A stretch of 64,000 bases of DNA from a candidate division WWE3 bacterium RAAC2_WWE3_1 (GCA_000503835.1 CP006914.1:465680-529679), one strand, 5' to 3'. Shown: positions 10,492 to 20,317, numbered from the stretch's first letter. The notes: generated from the letters alone by a model not told the origin. Made by a program: numbers and translations.

Positions 10492-10512
10492 CGCCCCCGC
10501 CGGGCGGGGGCC
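10492..10512 (-). promoter_or_regulatory. GC-rich perfect hairpin between ssb and rpsR
   Basis: GCCCCCGCCGGGCGGGGGC palindrome with no U-tract following on the coding strand. Likely an mRNA-stabilising or processing hairpin rather than a terminator. Confidence 0.4.
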
Positions 10513-10524
10513 TTAGTATCTTAA

Positions 10525-10980
10525 TTAATTTGAAGAATCAAGATCCCCCAGATCTATGTCATCAAGGTTGATCTCCTCCCCGGAGGCATCGCCGCCGGTG
10601 ACAAAATCCTCTTCCGTAACCTCTTCTTCGCCCTCTACTCCGTCCTTTTTAGGGCTAAGAATTATCATATCGTCTATTATAACTTCGGTTTTGTATCTTT
10701 TCTTACCGTCATCGCCGGTCCAATCTCTAGTCTGAAGTCTGCCTTCAACATAAACTTTTATACCCTTTTTAAGAAGCTGTCCGCAAATCTCGGCCAATTT
10801 ATTCCAGGCTACGATATTGTGAAAATCAACGGATTGTTTCTTTTCACCCTGCGTGACCCATTCCCTATTTGTGGCCACTACAAAACTTGCTACGGCGTTA
10901 CCCTGAGGAGTGTATCTCATCTCAGGATCTCTCGTGAGGTTACCTATGAGTATTACCTTGTTCAGGTTTCTTGATGCCAT
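10525..10980 (-). CDS. ssb: Single-stranded DNA-binding protein
   Basis: OB-fold N-terminus (NKVILIGNLTRDPEMRYTPQGNAVASFVVATNREW) and an acidic C-terminal tail DDIDLGDLD. Confidence 0.9.
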   Translation of the reverse strand: MASRNLNKVILIGNLTRDPEMRYTPQGNAVASFVVATNREWVTQGEKKQSVDFHNIVAWNKLAEICGQLLKKGIKVYVEGRLQTRDWTGDDGKKRYKTEVIIDDMIILSPKKDGVEGEEEVTEEDFVTGGDASGEEINLDDIDLGDLDSSN

Positions 10981-10993
10981 ATACCTCCAAATG

Positions 10994-11278
10994 TCAGCTC
11001 TGAGCTGTAATTAAATACCTAAACACACCGTTCATTAACTTAAGTTTGTTTTCAAATTTTTTGAGTTTTGAAGGATCAATCTCGAAGTTTATTACCTCGT
11101 AAAAACCTTCTCTTTGCTTGTTGATTTCATAAGCAAACTTTCTCTTTCCCCAAAAATTAGAGGCAGTTACTTTGCCCCCGTTAGAATCAATATTTTCCTG
11201 AACTTTGGAAGAAAGCTCTTTAGCTCCCTCTTCACCGAGTTCCAGTTTATAAATATTCATTATTTCGTATTGCTTCAT
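10994..11278 (-). CDS. rpsF: 30S ribosomal protein S6
   Basis: MKQYEIMNIYK...; canonical rpsF-ssb-rpsR gene order. Confidence 0.85.
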   Translation of the reverse strand: MKQYEIMNIYKLELGEEGAKELSSKVQENIDSNGGKVTASNFWGKRKFAYEINKQREGFYEVINFEIDPSKLKKFENKLKLMNGVFRYLITAQS

Positions 11279-11418
11279 ATTTTTAGATAATTCCCTTAGT
11301 CAACGAGTCTATTATATACATTATGTTTTAGGTGTCTACCAAAGACGTCTAATGTAACTAGAATCATTTGAGCTTATGAATAGTACAAAAAAAGAGTCTT
11401 TTGTGCAAGGGGGTCGGT

Positions 11419-12534
11419 TCAAACGCTAAAGTTAAACTCAACCACGTCCCCGTCCCGCATCGTATAATTCTTTCCCTCGAGCCTCACCAGACCCTTCTCC
11501 CGGGCCTTTTTAAGACTCTCTAGGGGCTTTAGATCGCTGTAATTAACAATCTCGGCAGATATGAATCCGCGTTCAAAATCTGTATGTATTTTTCCTGCCG
11601 CCTGAGGTGCTTTGTCGCCCTTTGTGTAAGTCCAGGCACGTACTTCTTTCGGCCCCATAGTGAGAAAGGACTCGAGGTTAAGTAGTTCGTATCCCTCGCG
11701 GATTAAACGGTCGAGACCGGGCTCGGTTATTCCTATTTCTTTCATGTAGGACTGTCTCTCGTTTTCGTCAAATTCTGCAAGTTCCGACTCGATTTTTGCA
11801 CAAATTTCTAAACCGTCCTTACCTGATATTGTTATTTTCTGAGTATCCTGCGTGCTCAATTTTGACTCATCCGTGTTTAGTACAATTATCATTGGTTTAA
11901 GAGTTAACAAATTAAGGTCTTTTATCAAAATTTCGTCTTCTTTTTCGAGGTTTAACGCGACCGCAAGCTCTCCCCTATTCAGGGTCTCGTGCACTTTTGT
12001 TATAACCTGTAGCTTACGTCTAGAATCGGGATCTTTTGCCATTTTTAGTTCTTTTTCGAGAATCGGCATCTTTTTTTCTAAGGACTGAAGATCGGCAAGT
12101 ATTAGTTCCGTGTTTATTGTCTGTATATCTTCTTCAGGATTGGTCGCCCCTGCTCTGATGACATTTTCGTCTGTAAAGTCTCGGACAACCTGAACAATAG
12201 CATCTACACCACGGATATGACCAAGAAATTCGTTTCCGAGTCCCTCGCCCTGAGAAGCACCTTTTACCAATCCGGCAATATCATAAAATTGGACAACAGC
12301 CGGTATTATTTTTTCGGGAATCTGCCTGTCACCTGCTTTACTGCCGTAATCGTTTCTGACGAACTGAGCGAGAATATTGAGACGCGGGTCGCGGACATCC
12401 ACAATACCCGTGTTAGGCTCGATGGTGGCAAAGGGATAGTTTGCCGCAAGTGCGGCCTGACGCTTAAGCAGGGCGTTAAATAATGTTGATTTTCCAACGT
12501 TGGGGAGGCCGACTATTCCGATGGATAGTGACAT
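11419..12534 (-). CDS. ychF: Ribosome-binding ATPase YchF (Obg-like GTPase family)
   Basis: G1 GLPNVGKST, the YchF-type insertion and a C-terminal TGS domain. Confidence 0.9.
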   Translation of the reverse strand: MSLSIGIVGLPNVGKSTLFNALLKRQAALAANYPFATIEPNTGIVDVRDPRLNILAQFVRNDYGSKAGDRQIPEKIIPAVVQFYDIAGLVKGASQGEGLGNEFLGHIRGVDAIVQVVRDFTDENVIRAGATNPEEDIQTINTELILADLQSLEKKMPILEKELKMAKDPDSRRKLQVITKVHETLNRGELAVALNLEKEDEILIKDLNLLTLKPMIIVLNTDESKLSTQDTQKITISGKDGLEICAKIESELAEFDENERQSYMKEIGITEPGLDRLIREGYELLNLESFLTMGPKEVRAWTYTKGDKAPQAAGKIHTDFERGFISAEIVNYSDLKPLESLKKAREKGLVRLEGKNYTMRDGDVVEFNFSV

Positions 12535-12642
12535 ATGGGGTGATTATATAGGGATAGTGTTGGTTTGGAAATAAAGTCAGATGTAAACGTAAAAATTCGA
12601 AAGTTCTAATAAACACCTAAAAGTTAGGAATTTGTTAGAACT

Positions 12643-12686
12643 GAGGAGGTAGAATGGGGCTTGTTATAGCTTCCATTTACCTCCTC
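12643..12686 (-). terminator. Hairpin (9-bp perfect stem GAGGAGGTA/TACCTCCTC) downstream of the 126-aa ORF
   Basis: Inverted repeat read directly from the sequence, followed by moderately U-rich sequence on the minus strand. Confidence 0.35.
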
Positions 12687-12694
12687 AAGGTGTC

Positions 12695-13075
12695 TTACAT
12701 AGTTGACGATTCCTGGGCTAAGTGCAATCCACCAGAGTAACCCAGTTCAATATAACCACAAAGCAATGCGTCTACCTTGCGGGTAGCGTACTTTTCATAC
12801 TGGGGCAGTAAAAACGCCCGTTGAACTAGCTCTACAGCCGGGCCGATGGCCGATTTGATCCAGCTAATTGAAGCGCCTGATTCTTCCCCCAAAATGATGT
12901 GAGGGAACCGACGCCCACCGTAATCCAACCCCACCGCCCATATTTCTCTTTCCCCATCAAAACTTCTGCGGGAAAGGACACATAGGTCCCCGATGGACAG
13001 ACCAAGTGCCTTGCACAACGGGTTCAAAAAAGCGGGACGGAAAATCTTAATTGTGTTCATGGCACCTCCTGCCAT
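12695..13075 (-). CDS. Hypothetical 126-aa ORF in a compositionally atypical (GC-richer) segment; a structured RNA instead of a CDS is possible
   Basis: Track ORF. An internal AGGAGG lies 4 nt before the second Met. Local GC is clearly higher than the flanks; no motif match. Confidence 0.3.
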   Translation of the reverse strand: MAGGAMNTIKIFRPAFLNPLCKALGLSIGDLCVLSRRSFDGEREIWAVGLDYGGRRFPHIILGEESGASISWIKSAIGPAVELVQRAFLLPQYEKYATRKVDALLCGYIELGYSGGLHLAQESSTM

Positions 13076-13266
13076 GGTTGGTTTTCTCTGTTACTTGCCT
13101 ATTATTTGAGGTCAAGTGTCCGAAAGCCGTGCAAACTCAATATCCAAGCGGATTAACGACCTGAGTCAAAGTAGCCGTCCATGTTGTTAAACAAGGAAAA
13201 CAACCCAATTCCTAGCGCGCTGAGCTGATTTCTGAGCTTAACCAACGATCAACTTGCCAACTCAAC

Positions 13267-13295
13267 TAACATGTGCATTATACCCCATAGTGTGC
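13267..13295 (-). promoter_or_regulatory. Near-consensus sigma70 promoter (TTGACC-17-TATAAT) reading towards the 126-aa ORF, ~185-nt leader
   Basis: Reverse strand reads caatTTGACCcttcgcacactatggggTATAATgcacatg, with exactly 17-nt spacing. Confidence 0.45.
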
Positions 13296-13342
13296 GAAGG
13301 GTCAAATTGCGGGGTTGATTATTACATCCTGCTCGATCCATA

Positions 13343-13392
13343 AAAAATCCCCCGTCAAAAAACTTAGTATAAGTCTTTTTGCGGGGGTTTGT
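13343..13392 (-). terminator. Long hairpin plus U-tract, rho-independent terminator after the 93-aa ORF
   Basis: TCCCCCGTCAAAAAACTT/AAGTCTTTTTGCGGGGG stem (~17 bp), followed on the minus strand by GATTTTTTAT. Confidence 0.55.
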
Positions 13393-13417
13393 TCCGGAGT
13401 TCTGATCAGAATTTAAG

Positions 13418-13699
13418 TCACAGTCTGGTCAGAATGGGGCGCAAATCAATCTGAGAAAGGCGGGCGTCTTCTTTTTTGAGTTCGTTTATTTTGCTCAAAA
13501 ACGCGGATACGGAAATAGGCTCAAGTGGTGGTATTTCATTGTCAAACATACTTTTATAAACCACATTGGCCTCTTCGAGTGTTTCAAAAACCCCAATAAT
13601 GGGTGTTTCCCAACTCGGAACCGTGAGTAAAACTACCCTGCTCCTGCGTACGTCTGCCTGAACAAGGTAGGCCACTACGTAATATGGGGCGGTCATCAA
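13418..13699 (-). CDS. Hypothetical protein (93 aa)
   Basis: Track ORF co-directional with and 30 nt downstream of the 243-aa ORF; no recognised domain. Confidence 0.45.
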   Translation of the reverse strand: MMTAPYYVVAYLVQADVRRSRVVLLTVPSWETPIIGVFETLEEANVVYKSMFDNEIPPLEPISVSAFLSKINELKKEDARLSQIDLRPILTRL

Positions 13700-13729
13700 T
13701 CTCTCCTTTTATCCTATAGTGAATGCTGA

Positions 13730-14461
13730 TTATATCCCATCCGGACCCTGATGTAAACGGTCATCCTTGTACGCTGCCACCATGTCCCTAATGGCCCTTA
13801 CAATCTTGTCCTGATAATAAACCCCGCCCAGAACAGCGTTATTTAGGGTTTCGGGATCCAGTTTCAGAACTCTCGGGCCGCCATTTCTTTCTTTATCGAA
13901 TTTCTCCGCCAATGCTTTAGAATCATTAGAAGTAGTCAAATCTACCAATAACCACTCTTTGCCCCAGGAAAGTGCAAAATCTCCTTCGCCGTTCCAATCC
14001 CGCAGAGCATTTACACGTGCGACGTAGATCCTTCCCGGGAGCTGTACTTCTCTCTCGTGGTTCTCCCAATCGACTATCGTGACAACCGGAATTTTCATGA
14101 AGTATTCCAGTAGTTTTTCCTCTTCCTTATGCCCAAACTCCCTTCGCCACTCGCTCAGCTTTTTTTCGGTGGGACCGGTGCTTTCACTTATTTCTCTTTT
14201 CACTCTTTTCTCTTCTTCATTTTCCGACTGCAACTTCTCTGCCCTGTCTTTCGCCTTTTTCGCTGACTGTCTTCGGCGGTTTTCCTGGTCGGCAACTAGA
14301 GAATGCATAAGCTGAACCGGATCGGACCCGCGAACCGGGTTATCGGAAACGATGGAAGTTACTTTTTCAGGTTCGGTTCTTTCACTATCATCGGGCACCG
14401 CAACAGTACCGGATGTTTCATCATCTGAACTCCTGCTATCAGATTCGTTTTCCATCTCCAT
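13730..14461 (-). CDS. Hypothetical protein with an acidic low-complexity N-terminus
   Basis: 243-aa ORF: an E/D/S/K-rich N-terminal 100 aa, then a globular C-terminal domain. No motif recognised. Confidence 0.5.
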   Translation of the reverse strand: MEMENESDSRSSDDETSGTVAVPDDSERTEPEKVTSIVSDNPVRGSDPVQLMHSLVADQENRRRQSAKKAKDRAEKLQSENEEEKRVKREISESTGPTEKKLSEWRREFGHKEEEKLLEYFMKIPVVTIVDWENHEREVQLPGRIYVARVNALRDWNGEGDFALSWGKEWLLVDLTTSNDSKALAEKFDKERNGGPRVLKLDPETLNNAVLGGVYYQDKIVRAIRDMVAAYKDDRLHQGPDGI

Positions 14462-14551
14462 GTAAAAAGATTAAACCAACCAACGGCAATGCACAACACG
14501 TAACGGACAAATCATTGCACCATAAACCGCCCTAAACTATCATATATACAG

Positions 14552-16486
14552 ATGAATCCAAAGAAGTCTGCCCTAGTTACAATAGTTGTACCGTTCCTCT
14601 TTACCCTTTTACTACAGCAGGCAACGCACGCCGGTAACACCCCTCCATTTACAACGCTGACCAAAACACCGTCGACACCAAACGGAAGAGACGACTGGTA
14701 TCTCACACCGGTAAATATACTTTTGGCTTCAACCGATCTGGAAAGCGGAGTTGCCTCAATAAATTATAAAGTGGACTCGGGAAACTGGGTAACGGTCACA
14801 CAGTCCGATACATTGAACCTCGCTCCTAACCCCTCGTTCGAGACCGCACATGCGGGATCTTCTATAAACACACTTTCATGGGAGGCAGGTTTGCAGGACG
14901 GCCAGGCGGTATATAGCAGAAACACACTTAACTACGTTCTCGGTACTACATCAATAAAGATCAACTCAACCGGTGCCGGCTGGCACTCAATCAATCACGC
15001 TGTCAGCTATGCGGTAGCTAACCCCCTCAGCAACATGAGCGCCGAAGTTTGGCTCAAAACAGAATCCGCCGCCGGCAGTGCTTATTTCAAGATCTTCGCG
15101 GTGTCAAAAGATGTTAACGATAACTTCGTTTATACCGAAATTGCCCAAAGCGGTTCTATAAATGGGACCACGACCTGGACAAAGGTCAGCGAAAATTTCG
15201 TTGTAAGTGTGTCCGACGCAATAGGGGTTTACATGGAAGTCGGACTTTTAGGTACCGGGGTTTTGTACATAGACGGGGTCTCAATAAACAACTCGGCAAA
15301 ATCCGCTGATACCTCGTTCACGGTATCCACGGACGGCAATCATACTGTCTCCTATTATGCCACCGACCGTTCCGGAAACATCGAAACTACCAAATCTACC
15401 ACATTTAAAATAGATCAGACTCCGCCCACTAACTGGCGTAACTCCAACGCTTACAGAGGACTCCTCGGGCCAAGCGACCACCACCTTTATGTAACGACCG
15501 TGGTTGATGACCCAACATCCGGTCTTTCCACGCTCACCGATAAGTTTCAGTACCATACGGATAGAAACCCTGGATTTGGTAGTTTTTCCGACCTGATGCA
15601 GTGCTCCAGCACCTGGCAACCCGATACATGGGCGCCTCTTATGTCCCCTCCATTTTCGCCCGGAGCCACAACTGCCCTTCTATTAACACCCAAAACCGAT
15701 TTCTGCGACAGTAATTGGAAAATTTGTAAGACGGTGAGGTTCTATGCCGAGGATGTGGCGGGAAATTCCTCCACCAAAGATCTGTGCATCAATGGACCGT
15801 GGATCAAACTTCGGGGCGGCGGGTTAGCCGGAAGCAGATTGGGTATAAATATGCTGTCCGAATCAAGCGATAAAAATACCGACAGCGTTATTGAGGCCGG
15901 TAATGCCGAAGTAAGTTTCTTTACCAGCACCAAAGGCTGGGTCGTGAAAAACAGCACCGGAGCAAAAGATTATTCCTACACCGAGCTTTTGGAGGCAGTA
16001 AACCCGTCGCCTACCGAGATATTCAGCGTTCTTCCGACCGCCGATGGTGTCTATATAAAAAACGGCAACTTTACGATAAATCCTACCAGTGTTCCCAACG
16101 GTTATGGCACTTCCACATTCAAACAGGTCGTCTTTATAAACGGCAACTTAAGGTTCGATAAGGAGATTGTGCTGGCATCGACCTCGGCCGTATTGTTTGT
16201 AGTATCCGGAAATGTGGAAATCAGAAAGACGGTTAGTGAAATAACCTCCGCCATTTATTCGGACGGCACCTTTTACACCGCGTACGACACCAACGAGGGT
16301 GACCAAACCGGAACCTTAAGATTGAAGGGAGTTTTTGTGGCTGATAAATTTATCTTCCAAAGAACCTTGCAGGGAACCGATAATGTTGAGGACCCGTCTG
16401 AAGATTTCACATACGAACCGAGGTTCGGCAACCTACTGAGAGGGTATATAGGGGTAAACGCCGTAAGATGGCTGAAAACAGACTAA
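14552..16486 (+). CDS. Large secreted protein with a signal peptide and a carbohydrate-binding/lectin-like beta-sandwich region
   Basis: N-terminal signal peptide (LFTLLLQQATHA), Thr/Ser/Asn/Gly-rich composition and Cys pairs. Typical CPR surface protein. Confidence 0.65.
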   Translation: MNPKKSALVTIVVPFLFTLLLQQATHAGNTPPFTTLTKTPSTPNGRDDWYLTPVNILLASTDLESGVASINYKVDSGNWVTVTQSDTLNLAPNPSFETAHAGSSINTLSWEAGLQDGQAVYSRNTLNYVLGTTSIKINSTGAGWHSINHAVSYAVANPLSNMSAEVWLKTESAAGSAYFKIFAVSKDVNDNFVYTEIAQSGSINGTTTWTKVSENFVVSVSDAIGVYMEVGLLGTGVLYIDGVSINNSAKSADTSFTVSTDGNHTVSYYATDRSGNIETTKSTTFKIDQTPPTNWRNSNAYRGLLGPSDHHLYVTTVVDDPTSGLSTLTDKFQYHTDRNPGFGSFSDLMQCSSTWQPDTWAPLMSPPFSPGATTALLLTPKTDFCDSNWKICKTVRFYAEDVAGNSSTKDLCINGPWIKLRGGGLAGSRLGINMLSESSDKNTDSVIEAGNAEVSFFTSTKGWVVKNSTGAKDYSYTELLEAVNPSPTEIFSVLPTADGVYIKNGNFTINPTSVPNGYGTSTFKQVVFINGNLRFDKEIVLASTSAVLFVVSGNVEIRKTVSEITSAIYSDGTFYTAYDTNEGDQTGTLRLKGVFVADKFIFQRTLQGTDNVEDPSEDFTYEPRFGNLLRGYIGVNAVRWLKTD

Positions 16487-16504
16487 TCAAGTGCGGCCGA
16501 ACGT

Positions 16505-17920
16505 TTACATCTTCCTCTTGATCTTAAACTTGCCGTCCGGAAGGTCCTCAACCTCATATCCCATTTCCAGAATCTGTTTTCTCGCCAGGTCGGCCTTGTC
16601 CCATATTCCTGCCTTCCTGTATTCGGACCTCATTTTTGCCACGTCCAACACTTTCTGAGGAGTATCATACGCCAGATGTTCCTCGATCTTTAAACCTAAT
16701 ACCGAATCCATCTTTAACAAGGTAGCAAGTTTTTCGGGTTCTTCCATTTCGGATTTTATCATCTCCCAAACTACCGCGAGAGCTTCCGGCAGGTTCAGAT
16801 CGTCGTTTATTTTATCGCCGAATTTCCTGATGAACTCTTTCGAAGGTTTGACCGAACTATCCTTTTTATATCCACGGGCGAGCTCGTAAAGCCTCCTCAG
16901 CGCATTTTGCGCACTTTGCAAAGCATCCCAGGTAAAGTTCAATTTACTTCTATACTGAGATGTCATAAAAAAGTATCGCAGAACCATCGGATCAAAACCC
17001 TTCTTCTCAATATCGGTAAGAGTGTACGCATTACCTAAGCTCTTTCCCATCCTTCCCCCGTCGACCATCATATGAGCTCCGTGGATCCAATATCTGACAA
17101 ATTTCTTTCCCGTTGCGGATTCACTTTGGGCAATCTCGTTCTGGTGATGTGTCATCCTGAGATCTTCTCCGCCGACGTGGATGTCCAGAGTATTTCCCAG
17201 CTCGGCCAGGGACATAGCCGAACACTCCAGGTGCCAACCGGGAAACCCGATCCCCCAGGGCGAAGCCCATTCCTGCGAACGTTTGACATTTGTTGGCGAT
17301 AATTTCCATAACGCGAAATCGGTAGGATGTTTTTTCTCGGGGTTGACTTCTACTCGGGCCCCTTCCATAACGTTGTCCGTTGTATATCCGGAAAGTTGTC
17401 CGTAACTTTCAAATTTTGACGTATCGAAGTAAACGCCGTCCGACGTCGTGTAGGTAAAGCCCTTTTCTTCAAGGATTTTTACCAAACGTATTTGCTCTTC
17501 AATATACTCTGTCGCGCGGGTAAATTTCTCGGGGCGGATAAAATTCATTTTATCGTAGTCCTGGATAAACTTTTGGGCATAAAAATTAGCTATCTCTATC
17601 GCTGTTCGTCCTTCTTTGGCAACAGACTTTTCCATGCGATCCTCGCCGGTGTCGGCATCTCCTAAATTATCGCCGGTCATGTGACCTACATCCGTCAGGT
17701 TCATAATAAATTTCACACGATTTCCGTTGAACAATAAAATCCTATTTATAAAATCTGAGAGTGTGTATGTCCTAAAATTACCTATATGGGCATAGTCATA
17801 AACGGTCGGACCGCACGCATACATAGTAACCAATTCGGTATTTAACGGACTGAAATCTTCGACTTTTCTCGTAAGCGAGTTGTATAACTTCATTGCTTCG
17901 ATTTTAACATAACCCTGCAA
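16505..17920 (-). CDS. cysS: Cysteine--tRNA ligase
   Basis: Class I HIGH-like motif (YACGPTVYDYAHIGNFR), KMSKS-like RMGKSLGN and Zn-binding Cys residues. Confidence 0.9.
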   Translation of the reverse strand: MQGYVKIEAMKLYNSLTRKVEDFSPLNTELVTMYACGPTVYDYAHIGNFRTYTLSDFINRILLFNGNRVKFIMNLTDVGHMTGDNLGDADTGEDRMEKSVAKEGRTAIEIANFYAQKFIQDYDKMNFIRPEKFTRATEYIEEQIRLVKILEEKGFTYTTSDGVYFDTSKFESYGQLSGYTTDNVMEGARVEVNPEKKHPTDFALWKLSPTNVKRSQEWASPWGIGFPGWHLECSAMSLAELGNTLDIHVGGEDLRMTHHQNEIAQSESATGKKFVRYWIHGAHMMVDGGRMGKSLGNAYTLTDIEKKGFDPMVLRYFFMTSQYRSKLNFTWDALQSAQNALRRLYELARGYKKDSSVKPSKEFIRKFGDKINDDLNLPEALAVVWEMIKSEMEEPEKLATLLKMDSVLGLKIEEHLAYDTPQKVLDVAKMRSEYRKAGIWDKADLARKQILEMGYEVEDLPDGKFKIKRKM

Positions 17921-17950
17921 AAAGAAATATCTGCCTAAAGAAAAAGGAAA

Positions 17951-18598
17951 TTATTTGATCTCAAAACGGCCTTCGAGTGCCCTGCCTAAGGTGATGTCGT
18001 CCGCGTACTCTACGTCGCCGCCGACCGGAAGGCCTCTTGCGATGCGGCTTATCTTCACCCTGCTGCCGTCCAGGCCCCGTTCTCTTAACATTTTGGATAT
18101 ATACATAGCCGTAGACTCCCCTTCCATGCTCATATTGGTTGCTATAATAATTTCGATTATTTCCGGATCGTTGATATTTTCAAAAGACACCTCACCTGAT
18201 AATGCCGCGACCCTATCGATAAGTTCTTTTATAAAAATTTCTTCCGGGCCGATATTATTAAGAGGATCTATAATGCCGTGCAGTACGTGGTAAGTTCCCT
18301 TGAATCCGGTTCGTTCCAGGGCAAAAGAATCGAGAGGGTTCGCCACTACAACTATTGTTCTTTTGTCACGCCCGGGATCGCCACATACTGAACAAATGTC
18401 AGTCTCCGACACGTTCCTACATATTGAGCATAGTTTGGTGTTCTTTTTCAACCCTTCCAACGCTTCGGCAAAAACCTCAATTTCTTCCTGAGGGAAATGC
18501 AAAAGATAAAATGTCAGCCTTTGAGCAGTTTTGGGACCTATTCCCGGAAGTCTTTCGAAAGATTCTATTAGTCTGGTTAAAGATCTGGGTAATTTCAC
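17951..18598 (-). CDS. recR: Recombination protein RecR
   Basis: Helix-hairpin-helix N-terminus (LPGIGPKTAQRL), C4 zinc finger (CSICRNVSETDICSVC) and a Toprim domain. Confidence 0.9.
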   Translation of the reverse strand: MKLPRSLTRLIESFERLPGIGPKTAQRLTFYLLHFPQEEIEVFAEALEGLKKNTKLCSICRNVSETDICSVCGDPGRDKRTIVVVANPLDSFALERTGFKGTYHVLHGIIDPLNNIGPEEIFIKELIDRVAALSGEVSFENINDPEIIEIIIATNMSMEGESTAMYISKMLRERGLDGSRVKISRIARGLPVGGDVEYADDITLGRALEGRFEIK

Positions 18599-18610
18599 CT
18601 GAATATTCTA

Positions 18611-20221
18611 TCAAATTAAGGGAAGTCCGCCATCGAATGCTTCAATCACCGAATCTTTATTAAAAACCACTTCCGCCGGAGCTATGTTAAGGTCTGTCAA
18701 ATTTCCCGATTCTCCACCTTTTAGCTTTTTTGGTTTCTCTTTGCTTAAAACACATTTTATTGAAAGACGAACGTCATATATCTCCGCCATAAGCTTTTCG
18801 ACCAATTTTCTGTTCTGAGGCGACTCAAGCCTTTCTTTATGGAAAGGATAAAACACCTCAAGTATGACAAACTTACCTTCAACATTTACAGGCTTTCCTG
18901 ATTTTAGAAGAGCAGTTAATGAGTGGTTCAATTCCCGGCTCCTTTTTATGAATTCCTTCCATTTTTCTTCAATATTTTTTAAAGTTATGCTAACTGTTTC
19001 TTTATCTTCAACCGAACTTTTTTTGTCCTTTTCCACTTTTTCGGATGCCTCCCGCCCTTCTGTTTCCTCCTCTTTTTCATCCTTTGACATTTGTTTACCT
19101 ATACTTGGCGAGGTTTTAGGTTGTCCCGGAGCTTCCGATACTCCCGAACTGTCCTCCCCTAGTTCTCCTCCTATCTTGGCCAGAGCCATCTCGACCGGAA
19201 GCTGAGGAATAAAAGATGTTTTTATATTTTTGTGCTCTTCAAGAATTGAGCTCATCGCATTCAGGAGCCACTCTACCGACAGACGGGACGCCTGTTCTTC
19301 CATTTCGACTAAAAGTTCTGTCGTCGCACCCGACACTTCTTCTTTTACACCCGATTTTATGAATAACATTTCTCTCAGATATCTTAGGTACTCGCCTGTC
19401 CAAACATACAAATCCAGACCCTCTTCGTAAACTTTAGAAACGATTCTAATTGCGGCACCCGGATTGCTGTCTATCAAATGGTCGGTCAGTTCTATGTAAA
19501 TCTCCTTGGAACCCATACCTACAAGCGAATCAACACTGATTTCGCCGTCCGAGACCTGTTGCAACAACGTTTCAGCGTCCCTGAAACCACCCATAGAGGC
19601 GAGCGCAATTTTTTCCAAGTCCTTTTCGGATATCTTTATTTTCTCGCTTCTTGTTATCTCTTTAAGTTTTTCAACTAGCTGTGGCATTGTAGCTCTTTTA
19701 AACCTGTAAACCTGGCATCGGGACTTAATGGTGTCGGGTATTTTATGAAGCTCGGTGGTGCAAAGTATGAATGTGGTCTTCTTCGGCGGTTCTTCTAAAG
19801 TTTTCAAAAGTGCATTAAAAGCCTCGTTCGTAAGCATGTGAACCTCGTCGATTACGTAAACTTTGTTCTTACCCATCGTCGGTGCCAGTTTTATCTTGTC
19901 CTTGATCTCTCTGATGTCATCTATTCCCCTGTTGCTGGCGGCATCAATCTCTATCATATCCACAAAAGAACCCTCTTTTATGGCAACGCAGGACGGGCAT
20001 TTACAGCAGGGATCGCCCTTTGAATTAATATCCGCGCAATTCAACGCCTTGGCCAAAATTCTGGCTAATGTGGTTTTTCCCGTGCCGCGGGGGCCTACAA
20101 AAAGGTAGGCGTGCGAGGTTTTGCCACTTAATACCTGCTTGGACAATGCATCGGCGGCATCGTTGGGCCTGCAGACTTCACTGAATTTTTGCGGGCGGTA
20201 CTTGGTGTAAAACATAAACAT
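18611..20221 (-). CDS. dnaX: DNA polymerase III subunit gamma/tau
   Basis: YRPQKFSEV, Walker A GPRGTGKTT, a zinc module and DEVHML. Confidence 0.9.
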   Translation of the reverse strand: MFMFYTKYRPQKFSEVCRPNDAADALSKQVLSGKTSHAYLFVGPRGTGKTTLARILAKALNCADINSKGDPCCKCPSCVAIKEGSFVDMIEIDAASNRGIDDIREIKDKIKLAPTMGKNKVYVIDEVHMLTNEAFNALLKTLEEPPKKTTFILCTTELHKIPDTIKSRCQVYRFKRATMPQLVEKLKEITRSEKIKISEKDLEKIALASMGGFRDAETLLQQVSDGEISVDSLVGMGSKEIYIELTDHLIDSNPGAAIRIVSKVYEEGLDLYVWTGEYLRYLREMLFIKSGVKEEVSGATTELLVEMEEQASRLSVEWLLNAMSSILEEHKNIKTSFIPQLPVEMALAKIGGELGEDSSGVSEAPGQPKTSPSIGKQMSKDEKEEETEGREASEKVEKDKKSSVEDKETVSITLKNIEEKWKEFIKRSRELNHSLTALLKSGKPVNVEGKFVILEVFYPFHKERLESPQNRKLVEKLMAEIYDVRLSIKCVLSKEKPKKLKGGESGNLTDLNIAPAEVVFNKDSVIEAFDGGLPLI

Positions 20222-20317
20222 AATAACTGTATTACAACACCCCCGTCAGATACAACCAACCGGTGTTGGTGCAAACCACAGTAAGCCCACGCCGGCTGTA
20301 AAATAGCAAAATTCCGC

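Noticed and set aside
10492-10512. GC hairpin between ssb and rpsR as an intrinsic terminator
   Set aside because: There is no U-tract on the transcribed (minus) strand after the stem, and rpsR must be co-transcribed. Kept only as a possible processing or stability hairpin.
12640-13445. tmRNA, RNase P RNA or SRP RNA in the GC-rich unit
   Set aside because: None of the universal motifs (tmRNA GGGG...UUCGAC / tRNA-like CCA end and ALAA tag; RNase P GGAAAGUCCGG / GGUGAAA / ACAGAACCCGGCUUA; SRP GGAAGCAGC) could be found on either strand by eye. Left as unassigned; a formal cmscan is still needed.
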